A stretch of DNA of 64,000 bases. Source: Chitinophagales bacterium (GTDB taxonomy: Bacteria; Bacteroidota; Bacteroidia; Chitinophagales; LD1). Shown here piece by piece: positions 39,619 through 50,516 of the stretch (its first letter is position 1; every line of letters begins with the position of its first letter). The position numbers were made by a program, and so were the translations under genes. The stretch is from NCBI GenBank assembly GCA_046329535.1, contig JAXLUN010000004.1:261236-325235 (forward strand). Reading direction: 5' to 3'. The notes under the pieces are model-generated. The model was not told where the DNA came from. It searched no databases and worked only from the letters and a program-made list of their open reading frames with translations.

Positions 39619-40497
39619 ATGATTTACCTTTTACTCTCTATTATATGCACGGCTATGCTTGTACTTACGTTCAAGGTATTTGAGCAGAGAGCTATTCCTA
39701 TATTTCAGGCAATAGTGTTTAATTATCTGTCTGCGACAATTTGTGCATTTCTATTTATGCCCGATAAATCGCAGCTTATTAGTGGTCATGTTTTCTCCGC
39801 TCCCTGGTTGCCATTCTCGTTGGTTTTGGGAAGCATGTTCATTTTGGTGTTTAATTTAACCAGTATTACTACGGTCCGTTATGGTGTTTCTACGGCATCA
39901 GTGGCCATGAAACTGGGATTGGTTTTTCCGGTATTGCTAGCCTTTACAGTTTATGGGGAGAGTTTTAACTGGCTAAAGTTGCTGGGTATATTATTTGCTT
40001 TTGTGGCGGTTATTTTATCCTCACTTAAAGCTGGCGAAGTGCAAACTTCTGGTAAATCTTCATTTGCAATATTGCCTGCAGTTGTTTTTGTTGGAAGCGG
40101 CCTGTGCGATAGTATGACTCAATACGCTAACAAAAAGTATCTGGCCGAAACTGGTATGGAGGAGTTTTCATTGTTTTTGTTCATCGCGGCAGGTTTCTTC
40201 GGTACTTGTATTTTTGTGTATCAATTGGTAACCGGAAAAACATCTTTGAACCGGAAAAGTTTCATTGGTGGAACTATTCTAGGTGTTATCAATTACTTTT
40301 CTTTTCTTTTTATTCTGAAAGCACTGGCTGGTGTTAGTTGGGGTAGTTCGGTGGTGTTTCCGGTTAGTAATCTCGGAACGGTGGCGGTGGCTACTGTTGC
40401 CGGAGTTTTGTTTTTTAAGGAGCGTATTTCAAGAGTCAACTTCGTTGGATTAATATTTGCACTTTTATCTATTCTGCTTATCATTCTTTCAAATTAG
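39619..40497 (+). CDS. DMT/EamA-like 10-helix membrane transporter
   Basis: 292 aa, two homologous five-helix halves, starting 2 nt after the ribD stop. Confidence 0.7.
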   Translation: MIYLLLSIICTAMLVLTFKVFEQRAIPIFQAIVFNYLSATICAFLFMPDKSQLISGHVFSAPWLPFSLVLGSMFILVFNLTSITTVRYGVSTASVAMKLGLVFPVLLAFTVYGESFNWLKLLGILFAFVAVILSSLKAGEVQTSGKSSFAILPAVVFVGSGLCDSMTQYANKKYLAETGMEEFSLFLFIAAGFFGTCIFVYQLVTGKTSLNRKSFIGGTILGVINYFSFLFILKALAGVSWGSSVVFPVSNLGTVAVATVAGVLFFKERISRVNFVGLIFALLSILLIILSN

Positions 40498-40536
40498 TTA
40501 CAACTTCTTTTGCAGGGTTTCATATTTTTATAGTCA

Positions 40537-42285
40537 ATGAAAAATTGCATCTTGCTTTTACTGTTATCTGTAACAATGTGCTCGTCCGCGCAGAAAACGG
40601 GTGACGAACTTACTTCAAGTTACAAAAAGGGAACCTGTCGGTCATCTTTTGTTAAGGCAAACTTATTTGCAGAAGAAACACCTGAAAATGTAAGTTCCTA
40701 TCTGATTTACTCTATTTCAAATTTGAAAGGATTCGGTGTAGGGTTACAGTTACAGTATAGAAAAGAGAGCCCGGGAGGGATTCATTATTCTTTTCAACAA
40801 ACTTTTAAAGGGATCTGCATCTATCAATCAGAAATAAAAGTGAATCTGGATAAGCAAAATATAATCCACTCTGTATTGGATAATTCTGAAAACACTCTCA
40901 ACTGGAATATCGATGTATCAGGAGCGAATAATAATTCAGTTATTCTGCTGCATCCGAAAACTCAATTGCCGGTGTTAGCTCAACGAACCGTAAACAGTCA
41001 GTCTGAAGAAGTATTTAGTGTGCTGGGGGAAATAATCTTTACACAATCGCTACGCGTATATTTTAATACAGATAGTGCGGTGAGCGGTACCGTTTTTAAT
41101 CCCGACCCTTTAACTACTGCACAGCAATTGTATTCTACCTCCACCCCATATTTTGATAATAATGATGCAGCTAACACACAGTTGGATGCTCAAATGCAGA
41201 CGGTTAGTTTTAAAGCAACATTCGATGGTACAGTTTTTACACTAGAGAGCCCATTTGTAAGGGTACAGGATTTTGATGCGCCTAACATAGCTCCTGTAAC
41301 GTCTTCTGCACCATTGTTTAATTTCAATCGCTCACAATCCGGATTTGAAGATGTGAATGCATTTTATCACATCAGCAATTTGCAGCAGCACATTCACTCA
41401 CTGGGTTTCTATTGTGCCGATTCTCTAGTGGATATTGATCCTCATGCGGTAGGTGGCTCCGATAATTCATATTACTCTCCGGCCAGCTACCCTAATCGTA
41501 TATATTATGGAACTGGTGGGGTAGATGATGCCGAAGATGCCGATGTATGCGTACACGAGTATGGGCACTTTGTTTCAGCCACAGCCGCGCCATCCAGCAA
41601 TTACGGGCAGCAACGAAATGCTTTAGATGAGGCATTTGGTGATTATCTGGCAGCATCTTATTCGAAAAATCTCAGCGGATACAATAGTAACTGGGTTTTT
41701 AATTGGGATGGACATAATGAATTCTGGAATGGCAGAGTAATGAATACAACACGTGTTTATCCGAATGATTTACAGAGCAGTATTTATAAGAATGGAGAAA
41801 TCTGGTCTGCTGCTCTTTTTGCTATTCATAACGAGATTGGCCGTAAAGCAACCGATAGCTTAATACTTCAAACACACTACAGTTATGCACAGAATATATC
41901 TATGGCCGATGCAGCTCAACTACTAATTGATGCAGATACCTTGTTAAATAATGGTGCATATTTCTGTCCAATATACAAACACCTGTTGGAGCGAGGCTTT
42001 GTTAGTTTTTATCCCACTAATCCATGTGGTATTTCTACTGTTGATTTTGCGTCTGGTTTGAATATTCAATTCATGGCTCAACCCAATTCATTTACATTAC
42101 TCAATCCTGAAAAACAAGAAATTCAGATTCAGATTGTTAGTTTGACTGGGCAGGTAGTATCATCATCTATTACAGGACAGGAGTTTGTGGAGAGGTTCGG
42201 AAATTCACTTTCATCAAGTGTCTATCTGATAGTAGTAAAAACTGCCTATGGAACAAAATCTTTTAAGTGGTGTAAGTCAAACTAG
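40537..42285 (+). CDS. Zinc metalloprotease (M4/M36-like, FTP propeptide) with T9SS type A sorting domain
   Basis: FTP-like HYSFQQTFKGICIYQSEIKV, HEXXH as VHEYGHF, third-ligand segment NALDEAFGDY. C-terminus IQIVSLTGQVV...VYLIVVKT...SFKWCKSN. Confidence 0.75.
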   Translation: MKNCILLLLLSVTMCSSAQKTGDELTSSYKKGTCRSSFVKANLFAEETPENVSSYLIYSISNLKGFGVGLQLQYRKESPGGIHYSFQQTFKGICIYQSEIKVNLDKQNIIHSVLDNSENTLNWNIDVSGANNNSVILLHPKTQLPVLAQRTVNSQSEEVFSVLGEIIFTQSLRVYFNTDSAVSGTVFNPDPLTTAQQLYSTSTPYFDNNDAANTQLDAQMQTVSFKATFDGTVFTLESPFVRVQDFDAPNIAPVTSSAPLFNFNRSQSGFEDVNAFYHISNLQQHIHSLGFYCADSLVDIDPHAVGGSDNSYYSPASYPNRIYYGTGGVDDAEDADVCVHEYGHFVSATAAPSSNYGQQRNALDEAFGDYLAASYSKNLSGYNSNWVFNWDGHNEFWNGRVMNTTRVYPNDLQSSIYKNGEIWSAALFAIHNEIGRKATDSLILQTHYSYAQNISMADAAQLLIDADTLLNNGAYFCPIYKHLLERGFVSFYPTNPCGISTVDFASGLNIQFMAQPNSFTLLNPEKQEIQIQIVSLTGQVVSSSITGQEFVERFGNSLSSSVYLIVVKTAYGTKSFKWCKSN

Positions 42286-42291
42286 TAAATT

Positions 42292-43170
42292 ATGAGTGAA
42301 CCTATTCATGAGTCGGAGCTGATTATTAATCCCGATGGAAGTGTCTACCATCTAAATCTTAAACCCAGCGAAATTGCAGAGACTATTATTACCGTTGGCG
42401 ACCCGGACAGGGTAAAAGAAGTAAGCAGGCATTTTGATTCTATTCAACATCGAGTACAGCATCGTGAGTTTATTACACATACAGGTTATATGAACAATAA
42501 GCGGATATCGGTCATTTCTACCGGTATTGGTACCGATAACATTGATATTGTTTTTAACGAGTTGGATGCTCTGGTAAATATTGATTTTACCACCCGAAGA
42601 GTGAAGGAGGAGCTTACTTCGTTGGACATTATCAGAGTTGGAACTTCCGGTTCTGTGAGTGAGGAGATCGAAATAGACACGGTTTTAATCAGCGAGTTTG
42701 CCATAGGCATGGATGGTCTGTTGAATTTTTATGAGCATGAAAATACAATCCAAGAAACCGTCTACCTCGAAGCTTTTACTAATTATATCAGACCAAATTT
42801 TAAGGAAGTGAAACCATACTTGGCCAGTGCCGGAAACAGTCTGCTGAGTAAATTTGATAAAACTTTTAAATCTGGAACCACGGTTACAGCCTGCGGGTTC
42901 TATGCCCCTCAGGGGAGACGGCTTCGTCTGAAACAGGAGTTCCCGAATTTTATCGAATCAATAAACCGTTTCAGGCACAAACATTTTCGTATTACCAATC
43001 TGGAAATGGAAACAGCCGGTATCTATGCTCTGGGTAAGTTGCTGGGGCACAATTGTCTTTCGGTAAATGCGATACTGGCTAATCGCATCAATCATCAATT
43101 CAGCAGTGATCCATCTCTGGTTGTCAATAAAATGATTGATGAAGTATTAGAGATAGTAACAGCTGGATAG
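42292..43170 (+). CDS. Nucleoside phosphorylase (PNP/UDP family 1)
   Basis: VGDPDRV, ISTGIG, RVGTSG and LEMETAG motifs. Confidence 0.8.
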   Translation: MSEPIHESELIINPDGSVYHLNLKPSEIAETIITVGDPDRVKEVSRHFDSIQHRVQHREFITHTGYMNNKRISVISTGIGTDNIDIVFNELDALVNIDFTTRRVKEELTSLDIIRVGTSGSVSEEIEIDTVLISEFAIGMDGLLNFYEHENTIQETVYLEAFTNYIRPNFKEVKPYLASAGNSLLSKFDKTFKSGTTVTACGFYAPQGRRLRLKQEFPNFIESINRFRHKHFRITNLEMETAGIYALGKLLGHNCLSVNAILANRINHQFSSDPSLVVNKMIDEVLEIVTAG

Positions 43171-45714
43171 TTATCGGATGAGGTTTAGATTGATTGCTAT
43201 GCGACCGCTGAAGCGGTAAACTTTCTTTTCTTCAAATCCGGCTACAAAATCTACGCGAAGTAACTTCAGAATGTTGGCAATACCTATATCCAGCTGGAAA
43301 TATTGATGGCGGGTTGGGGTATAAAGGGCATGGAATCCAATTACTTCATCCAGTTTTAATGTTCTGATGCCGGGAATTTTGTTAAACAAAAATCCACCGA
43401 AATGATGCTCCAGATGTGCCTCGGCAAAATACCTATCTGTACTGTGTCTATAATAACGAGTTAAAAAAAAGCCGAGTAAATCCGTTCCCCCCTGTGTAAA
43501 GAAGTTTCCCTCAAAATGTTTGTAGTCGGCATAATCAACTCTTTTTCTGCTGGCAAAACCACCACCTCCAAATCTGTAGAACATTGTGCCAGCCAGTTTC
43601 ATCGGTATACTGCCATACAATTTTGCCTCTAGATAATCGAAGTTTAAATCGCTGAAACCATGGATGGGAATAGAACGTTTATAAATAAGCATTAACTCGG
43701 GATACTTAGAGCCTACTCTGAATTTCACATCGGGGCGTGTAATGAACTGTTGACCGAATGTAAAATGAAACTTAAGGTCGATTCGAAAACTGTTATGCCT
43801 GGTCATGTTATCATTTGAGTAATCAACACCCGGAATATCCATGCCATTAGAAGTCAGGTCATCTTTGAATTTTCTGAAGAAGGTATATGAACGCATGTTT
43901 TCTAAAGGAAAACGTTGTGCATAGTTTAAACTGAGTGAGGCATCTATACCGTTATATATCTCGCGAGCATAGCTCAATTTGACAAAATAATGCTCATACA
44001 GTTTCATGAAATTGTGCCCGAAAATTAAAGTTTGCCAGGTGTTGCCAAATTCAGTTTGAGGCTGTGATTCATTAAACTGACTAACAAATTTGCCTCCACT
44101 CAGGGTAATATACTCATCGTGTATCTGACTGTTGCGATAGATAATTGTAGCCATTGCATTGAAATGCCGGTTACTCAACCCATACCGGAATGTGGGTTCA
44201 AAAGATATCCTACGCTGCTTATCCCAACTCTTCTTAATACTAAAACGGGTTTGAAATACAACTCCTTCTACAGTATTAAAATTTACGAGATTTAAGAGTG
44301 ACGGGAAGTCAATCTGAATTTGTTTGCTTCGCTTTTGATAGCTGTAGCCTGTCAATACTGAAAAAAAAGTAGGTTTATTGTTTAGCTTGTCGGTAGAATC
44401 TTTGTATACAGCCGACTCTTTAAACTTCTCAATACTATCTTTCAATACATAATCATTCGCTTCCATTTCTGTGAGCGGAACCGGTCTTATACTATCCCAA
44501 TATGCTTCCTCGCGTTTATTGGCATCGCTTTCTATTTTTACAATTTCTGGGGTAAACAGCTGCTTATCTATCTTTTTCTCTGCTTTCTTTTTTTGCTTAG
44601 CTATCTTTTGGGGCGATTTGCTGGAGTCTATTTTTACCGCATTAGGAACCGGCATACTCAACAAGTCATTAATTTGATAGTTTTTGAAAATCCCCAGAAA
44701 GTAACCATCTGCTTTTATTCCTAAAGCACCGCCATTGGCATCATACCGTTGTTGGGTTGGTAACCATAAATCATTTTTTACGGGTAGAAAATACTGAGTT
44801 ACTTTTAACGTATCCAGATATTCAATGCCGTTATTCTTGGTTAGAAACAATTCAAGAGAATGTATGTTCCAGTTATCTTCTACAATACTTAGTATCCCGT
44901 TAAAGCAAGGGTCAGCTTTTCTTTTAGGAGTTACCAGAATTTTATTGATCAGGCGGTCACCTTCTTTATATGCACCAAGCATTTTAAAATTGTAATAAAA
45001 GAATGTATTCTCTGATAAGGGTGATACAAATGGACGTTTTGCGATAAAGGGAATGGTGATACTCTTTTCGTAAAAGTTGAAAAAGAAATTCTGTGCCGTA
45101 TTGAATGTAAAGCCGCGCGCACTACCACTCACTTTCGATGAATAGATTACTTCATGAAATTTATCCGGCTTTTTATAATACAATCTCGATTGCGATTCGC
45201 TCAGGTAGATGACTCCGTTTTTGCCAACCACTAAGCCTGCACTCTTTAACCGTTTTTCGGCCCAGAAAGGGGCATCCAATAATCTTTGAACACCTTTTAC
45301 GTATGCATCACAAGAGTAGCTTTCAACGGCATTCAAGAAATATTTTCGTTTTTCGATGGCCTTTTTAATTACCGCAATGGCCGGGTCTTCATTCCCATTT
45401 ATCACCACATCTCGTATTTCATATTGAGAAGCTTCGAGCGAGACATTTAAGTCTATATTCTTCTGTATATCTACCTTCTCTATCCGTTGTTTATACCCGA
45501 TGTGCTGAAAGACCACTTCGTAACTTCCGGCTGCAAGTTCCAGCATATATTGTCCTTCTGCATTGGCTGATGTACCATTGGTAGTTCCTTTAATATGAAT
45601 ATTGGTATAAGGGAGTTTTTCTCCCAGTAAGTCAGTGACTGTACCTTTGATGGTATAGCCCATTGTAATGTTGCTGTACAAGAAAAAGAAACTGAGCAGG
45701 AATATGTATCGCAT
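43171..45714 (-). CDS. CarboxypepD_reg-like domain plus DUF5686 outer-membrane protein
   Basis: N-terminal YTIKGTVTD...NIHIKGTTNGTSANAEGQY (carboxypeptidase-regulatory-like fold), followed by a ~750-aa barrel-like region typical of DUF5686 proteins. Confidence 0.75.
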   Translation of the reverse strand: MRYIFLLSFFFLYSNITMGYTIKGTVTDLLGEKLPYTNIHIKGTTNGTSANAEGQYMLELAAGSYEVVFQHIGYKQRIEKVDIQKNIDLNVSLEASQYEIRDVVINGNEDPAIAVIKKAIEKRKYFLNAVESYSCDAYVKGVQRLLDAPFWAEKRLKSAGLVVGKNGVIYLSESQSRLYYKKPDKFHEVIYSSKVSGSARGFTFNTAQNFFFNFYEKSITIPFIAKRPFVSPLSENTFFYYNFKMLGAYKEGDRLINKILVTPKRKADPCFNGILSIVEDNWNIHSLELFLTKNNGIEYLDTLKVTQYFLPVKNDLWLPTQQRYDANGGALGIKADGYFLGIFKNYQINDLLSMPVPNAVKIDSSKSPQKIAKQKKKAEKKIDKQLFTPEIVKIESDANKREEAYWDSIRPVPLTEMEANDYVLKDSIEKFKESAVYKDSTDKLNNKPTFFSVLTGYSYQKRSKQIQIDFPSLLNLVNFNTVEGVVFQTRFSIKKSWDKQRRISFEPTFRYGLSNRHFNAMATIIYRNSQIHDEYITLSGGKFVSQFNESQPQTEFGNTWQTLIFGHNFMKLYEHYFVKLSYAREIYNGIDASLSLNYAQRFPLENMRSYTFFRKFKDDLTSNGMDIPGVDYSNDNMTRHNSFRIDLKFHFTFGQQFITRPDVKFRVGSKYPELMLIYKRSIPIHGFSDLNFDYLEAKLYGSIPMKLAGTMFYRFGGGGFASRKRVDYADYKHFEGNFFTQGGTDLLGFFLTRYYRHSTDRYFAEAHLEHHFGGFLFNKIPGIRTLKLDEVIGFHALYTPTRHQYFQLDIGIANILKLLRVDFVAGFEEKKVYRFSGRIAINLNLIR

Positions 45715-45728
45715 TGAGAGAATGAAAA

Positions 45729-45760
45729 TAAAAAAATAAGGGAAGCATTGCTTCCCTTAT
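45729..45760 (-). terminator. Intrinsic terminator after the sigma/anti-sigma pair
   Basis: Minus strand reads ATAAGGGAAGC-loop-GCTTCCCTTAT followed by TTTTTTTATTTT. Confidence 0.6.
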
Positions 45761-45774
45761 GGCCCTTAACTTGG

Positions 45775-46521
45775 TTATTTTGCTCGATGTTTTCCTAAAC
45801 GATTAAGTGAGCCGTATGTAAAGCCGCTTCGCTTGTTGTGCCGTCTTAACATAATTCGCTTTTCAGAAGAAGAACTTTTTGAAATTTTCTTTTCAGTGAT
45901 TTTTTCAGTGGTAATTATTTTAGTAGGTGATGATTCATTACTGATAGTGGCTTTTTCTGTAGGCTGATTAATCGCGTCTACAGGTGGAAAGTAATAAACA
46001 TCCGATGCCTTGTCTGTACTTTGTATAATAGAAAAATCAGGTACGGCAACCTCACTTAAGTTGGCTGAAGGTAAATCATTAGTTGGTAGCTCAGGTAGCA
46101 GATTGGGCATCAAAGGTTCTTCATTAACAACAACTGCTACAGCCGGGGCTGACTTGTTAGTAAACTTAACTGCAACTTTATGTTCTGATAATTCTGGAGC
46201 AGGAGGTATAGTGTGTTCTGTTTTTGCAGTGGTTGCTACTAATGTTTGATTAACCGGGTTTGGTGTATTTTTAGATTGTTTGTAAGCACTCATCAGATAG
46301 GCGGTAATTAGAGAGGAACTTATCAAAGCTGCTGCCGCAATAAAACCTGCAATGTGGCGTTTAGATATAAGCGCTACAGGTGCAGCTGCAGCAACAGGCA
46401 ATGTTTCTGCTACATCCAGTTGTGCTGATATGCGGTTCCACATGCCAAATGGCGGAGCTACTTCATTTTCATTTAGTTTCTGCTCAATACTTCTGTCAAA
46501 ATTTTTGATCTTCTGATCCAT
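45775..46521 (-). CDS. Putative anti-sigma factor / membrane-anchored protein downstream of the ECF sigma gene
   Basis: Short cytoplasmic N-terminus, one transmembrane helix (IAGFIAAAALISSSLITAYLM), low-complexity C-terminal part. Position right after the ECF sigma gene. Start could be 46539. Confidence 0.55.
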   Translation of the reverse strand: MDQKIKNFDRSIEQKLNENEVAPPFGMWNRISAQLDVAETLPVAAAAPVALISKRHIAGFIAAAALISSSLITAYLMSAYKQSKNTPNPVNQTLVATTAKTEHTIPPAPELSEHKVAVKFTNKSAPAVAVVVNEEPLMPNLLPELPTNDLPSANLSEVAVPDFSIIQSTDKASDVYYFPPVDAINQPTEKATISNESSPTKIITTEKITEKKISKSSSSEKRIMLRRHNKRSGFTYGSLNRLGKHRAK

Positions 46522-46567
46522 ACGTAAACATTTATTCAATAATCGTTAATTGATTTTCTTCTTTATA

Positions 46568-47143
46568 CTATCCGTTCTGTGTTTGTGTTGCATGACCTGT
46601 ACTATCTGTTATCATTTTCTGTAAAAGATATCTGGCTCTGGCTAACTGCGATTTGGATGTTCCTTCTGAAATACCCATCATATCCCCAATTTCTTTATGG
46701 GAGTATCCTTCTATCACATACAGGTTAAACACGGTTCTATAACCATCACTTAAAGATTGAATCATCTTTAAGATATCTTCCTGCTTGAGTGTTTCCAATG
46801 CATTACCGTCATAGTATTCGTAGTATTTTACTTCCGAATCGTGTAAGGCATACAGGTTTACCTGCTTGCGGTAATGCTCTATGGCGGTGTTCACAAAAAT
46901 TCTTCTCACCCAACCTTCAAAAGAACCATCGCCTCTGAACTTTTCTATGTTTCTGAACACTTTCACAAAACCTTCCTGCAATAAATCCTGGGCAGAGTTG
47001 TATTCGTTGGCGTACCGTAAACAAACCGAAAACATTTTAGCCGAAAACATATTATACAGCATTTGCTGAAATTTTCTGTCTCCTTTGGCGCATCCTTCGC
47101 GGATGTGCTCTTCGGTGTGGCCTTGATAAATAATGGAACTCAT
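46568..47143 (-). CDS. RNA polymerase ECF-type sigma-70 factor
   Basis: Region 2 (AQDLLQEGFVKVFRNIEKF) and region 4 helix-turn-helix (GYSHKEIGDMMGISEGTSKSQLARAR). Confidence 0.9.
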   Translation of the reverse strand: MSSIIYQGHTEEHIREGCAKGDRKFQQMLYNMFSAKMFSVCLRYANEYNSAQDLLQEGFVKVFRNIEKFRGDGSFEGWVRRIFVNTAIEHYRKQVNLYALHDSEVKYYEYYDGNALETLKQEDILKMIQSLSDGYRTVFNLYVIEGYSHKEIGDMMGISEGTSKSQLARARYLLQKMITDSTGHATQTQNG

Positions 47144-47196
47144 GTTTTGCCTTTTGGGTTAATCTAAAATAGACTTTTTTGCCAACCTTATATCAT

Positions 47197-47778
47197 TCAG
47201 ACGCTTATTTGTTTTAAATGGTTGGCAAACAATTCAAAACTTTTTTTGCGGTGGCTGTAGAGGTTCTTTTCTTCCAGCGGCATTTCGGCATAAGATTTTG
47301 CCGAGCCATCGGGAACAAAGATAGGGTCATAACCAAAACCTTCGCTGCCTTTGCGCGCGGTTAGAATGGAACCTTCTGTTACACCTTCAAACTGAACGTG
47401 CTTGCCTTGGTTATAGTATGTAATTACGGTTTTAAATCTTGCCTTGCGGTTGGTTTGTCCGGTCATTTTAGCTAACACTTTGTTTACGTTATCGTCAAAA
47501 GTGGCTTGTTCACCGGCATAGCGGGCCGAGTAAACGCCCGGTTCGCCATTTAACGCATCAATGATTAAGCCTGTATCTTCGGCAAAGCATGCGGTGTTGA
47601 ACTTTTTAGATAGATACTCAGCCTTTTCCAGAGAATTTTCTTCTATGGTTTCGTGGGTTTCGGGTAGTTCGCCTTCAAATCCTAATTCTTTCAGGCCAAT
47701 TATTTCTATACCATCTATGCCTATTGATTTGATTTCTTTCAGCTTGTGTTGGTTAGAGGTAGCGAAAATGATCTTCAT
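47197..47778 (-). CDS. rdgB: Non-canonical purine NTP pyrophosphatase (RdgB/HAM1 family)
   Basis: MKIIFATSNQHKLKEI, EETGLI-like AEDTGL, FGYDPIF and SHR motifs. Confidence 0.9.
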   Translation of the reverse strand: MKIIFATSNQHKLKEIKSIGIDGIEIIGLKELGFEGELPETHETIEENSLEKAEYLSKKFNTACFAEDTGLIIDALNGEPGVYSARYAGEQATFDDNVNKVLAKMTGQTNRKARFKTVITYYNQGKHVQFEGVTEGSILTARKGSEGFGYDPIFVPDGSAKSYAEMPLEEKNLYSHRKKSFELFANHLKQISV

Positions 47779-48581
47779 AATCTGTTGTTTGTTTTGGAAT
47801 GTTCTTGTTCTATAAACTTACGGTAGGCTGCCAACTTATCTGTGTTAATCCAGTCTACTCCAGCATCTATCAATGTCTGCCAAACTTTTTCTTTATCGGG
47901 AATATGATAGAAACGTATCTCTTTTTTCAGGTAGTGTGCTTGGGTAACTAAATTGATGAGCATCGTTTTTTGGGAGGCGGGTATTTCTCCCCTGCCTTTC
48001 CAGGTAAAATATTTACTCCACGAACTGCTGTAGCGGGTAATCAATTTTCGGCTTATAGTGTCGTTCATAGCAGAAAGATTTCCATCGATGGTTACTAAAG
48101 CGGTATCTTCCTGTTTTAATTCGTCATATGGGGCATTGCCCGAAATCAGAATATTGACAGCTCTTTGATGAATGACAGAATCGCCTTTATATACCGTGAG
48201 TATATCTTCATATTTCTTTAAAATGGTTTTCAATACTTCATAAGTGCCTGCTCCGGTTTTAAAATCAATCATTAATATAACAGGAGTAATATGGCCTTTG
48301 TAAACGCTTCCTCCGTTTTGAGAAACAATTTTGTAAAGAGGCTTTAAATATAGTTCCTCGAGTGTTTTTGATTGGTTTAAGGCTAAGCCCAGGTGAGAAA
48401 TTTTCAATTCGTTTTGATGCAGAAAAACATCGGCTTCAATACTGGTAAATCCGTTCTCCAGCGCATCGAACAGCGGGCGCGTGTGCACATAGTCGTTATG
48501 GGCGTGGCCATTTAGGAGGGGTGCCACCTGTGCCGGGAGTATCTGCGATATAAACAGCAGGATTGCGAGAACCTTTTTCAT
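47775..48581 (-). CDS. PI-PLC-X/GDPD-like phosphodiesterase (AIM6-like)
   Basis: Signal peptide from the Met at 48581. GHAHNDYVHTRPLFDALENGFTSIEADV motif. 4-nt overlap with rdgB. Confidence 0.7.
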   Translation of the reverse strand: MKKVLAILLFISQILPAQVAPLLNGHAHNDYVHTRPLFDALENGFTSIEADVFLHQNELKISHLGLALNQSKTLEELYLKPLYKIVSQNGGSVYKGHITPVILMIDFKTGAGTYEVLKTILKKYEDILTVYKGDSVIHQRAVNILISGNAPYDELKQEDTALVTIDGNLSAMNDTISRKLITRYSSSWSKYFTWKGRGEIPASQKTMLINLVTQAHYLKKEIRFYHIPDKEKVWQTLIDAGVDWINTDKLAAYRKFIEQEHSKTNNRL

Positions 48582-48669
48582 CGGTTTAATTATTCGGGTA
48601 AATCTGTGTATTTCGGCATAAATAATAAACGGGGTTTCTATATTCACACCACTAAACAATTAAAGTATT

Positions 48670-50400
48670 ATGAACGGAGGAGAAATTATTGCCAAAGTAT
48701 TGCAGAAGCAGGGCGTTCAATTTTTGTTCACTCTTTGCGGAGGTCACGTATCTCCCATTTTTGTTTCGGCACAGAAGTTAGGCATACGGGTGGTAGATAC
48801 CCGCCATGAGGTAAACTCGGTTTTTGCAGCTGATGCAGTTTCACGCTTAACCGGTATACCGGGTGTAGCCGTAGTAACAGCCGGCCCCGGATTGACGAAT
48901 ACTATCACCGCAGTGAAGAATGCCTATCTGGCTCAATCGCCTCTGGTGTTGCTGGGCGGTGCAGCAGCTACTATTTTAAAGGGCCGTGGCTCCTTGCAGG
49001 ATATTGACCAAATGAGCATGATGAAGCCCAACGTAAAATGGGCAACTACCATCAATAAAGTAAAAGAGATTGTTCCCACGCTGGAGAAAGCTTTTCGCAT
49101 AGCTCAGGAAGGTGTGCCGGGGCCAGTATTTGTTGAATGCCCTATTGATACCTTGTATGGTGAAGAACTGGTGCGGAGTTGGTATGGCGCCAAGAGCAAA
49201 GAGGAGCCTCCTAAAAACTTACAGGAACGTATAGTGCAGTGGTATATTAATAACCACGCCAAAAACTTGTTTGCCGGTAAAGACTCGGTAACTTTTGATA
49301 CCCCTATACAAAAGCCAACTTATCCTGCACATTCTTCCGGGCAGGTTAACAGAGTGGCAGAAAAAATTAAAGCGGCCTCTAAGCCGGTAATGTTGATTGG
49401 CAGCGGTGCCATGATGAACCCGAAGAAGGCCGATGAATTGGCTGCGGCTGTAAGCAAACTGGGCATTCCGGTTTATTTAAGCGGTATGGGTCGCGGTTTG
49501 CTGGGTAAGGAGAATGCTTTGCAAATGCGCCACAACCGGAAAGATGCTATCAAGGAAGCCGATCTGATTATACTGGCCGGTGTGCCGAACGATTTCCGTT
49601 TAGATTACGGTAACCACATTGGCGGACGACCTTTCATATCCATCAACCGCAACCGCGAGGATTTGAATAAGAACAAGACTCCCACTATTGGCGTATTGGC
49701 CGACCCACAGGATTTTCTCATTGCCCTTTCGCAAAAGTTTCAGGGTAATTACACTTTGTGGATAGAAACCCTTCGCGCCCGCGATGCCAAGCGTGAAGCT
49801 AATATTGACGTACAGGCCGATGCGGCTGTTGACAAGGGTATTAACCCTATTAAATTGTTTCGCGAACTGGAACCGGAGCTGGATGACAATACTATATTAA
49901 TTGCCGATGGAGGCGACTTTGTAGCCACCAGTGCCTATACCCTTCGCCCGCGTAACCCGCTGGGTTGGTTAGACCCCGGTGTGTTTGGCACGCTGGGAGT
50001 AGGGGCGGGCTTTGCCCTGGGTGCCAAGTTGGTGTTTCCCGAAAAAGATGTATGGATTATTTATGGCGATGGCAGTGCCGGATACAGCCTGATGGAATAC
50101 GATACCTTTGTGCGGCATAACCTGCCTGTTATTTCGGTGATAGGTAATGATGCCTGCTGGAGCCAGATTGCCCGCGACCAGGTAGACTTTTTAAAGAGCG
50201 ACTGCGCCATGAACCTGGCGCTGAGCGATTATCAGAACATAGGCAAAGCATTTGGTGCCGAAGGTGTGCGGGTAGATACTCTCGATGCTTTCAAAGCCGC
50301 AGTGGTAGAGGCCAAAACCTTGAGCAAAAAAGGCTCGCCCTATATTATTAATGCCATTATTGGTAAAACCGATTTTAGAAAAGGCTCAATTTCTATGTAA
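48670..50400 (+). CDS. Thiamine pyrophosphate-dependent enzyme (acetolactate synthase / 2-hydroxyacyl-CoA lyase-like)
   Basis: Three-domain layout. N-terminal Pyr domain (VTAGPGLTN) and a TPP-binding motif GDGSAGYS...VIGNDACW. Confidence 0.85.
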   Translation: MNGGEIIAKVLQKQGVQFLFTLCGGHVSPIFVSAQKLGIRVVDTRHEVNSVFAADAVSRLTGIPGVAVVTAGPGLTNTITAVKNAYLAQSPLVLLGGAAATILKGRGSLQDIDQMSMMKPNVKWATTINKVKEIVPTLEKAFRIAQEGVPGPVFVECPIDTLYGEELVRSWYGAKSKEEPPKNLQERIVQWYINNHAKNLFAGKDSVTFDTPIQKPTYPAHSSGQVNRVAEKIKAASKPVMLIGSGAMMNPKKADELAAAVSKLGIPVYLSGMGRGLLGKENALQMRHNRKDAIKEADLIILAGVPNDFRLDYGNHIGGRPFISINRNREDLNKNKTPTIGVLADPQDFLIALSQKFQGNYTLWIETLRARDAKREANIDVQADAAVDKGINPIKLFRELEPELDDNTILIADGGDFVATSAYTLRPRNPLGWLDPGVFGTLGVGAGFALGAKLVFPEKDVWIIYGDGSAGYSLMEYDTFVRHNLPVISVIGNDACWSQIARDQVDFLKSDCAMNLALSDYQNIGKAFGAEGVRVDTLDAFKAAVVEAKTLSKKGSPYIINAIIGKTDFRKGSISM

Positions 50401-50446
50401 TAAAGCTATTGGTTAAAATAGCCTGCTATTTATCCTCCTTATTTCC

Positions 50447-50487
50447 GGAAGGGGCATTTCTTACTCGCAATGCCCCTTCCCTGTTTT
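50447..50487 (+). terminator. 11-bp perfect hairpin after the TPP-enzyme gene, also the first degenerate member of the downstream hairpin array
   Basis: GGAAGGGGCAT, a 12-nt loop, ATGCCCCTTCC, then CTGTTTT. Confidence 0.4.
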
Positions 50488-50516
50488 AAGAACAGGCATT
50501 TCTTACTCGAAATGCT

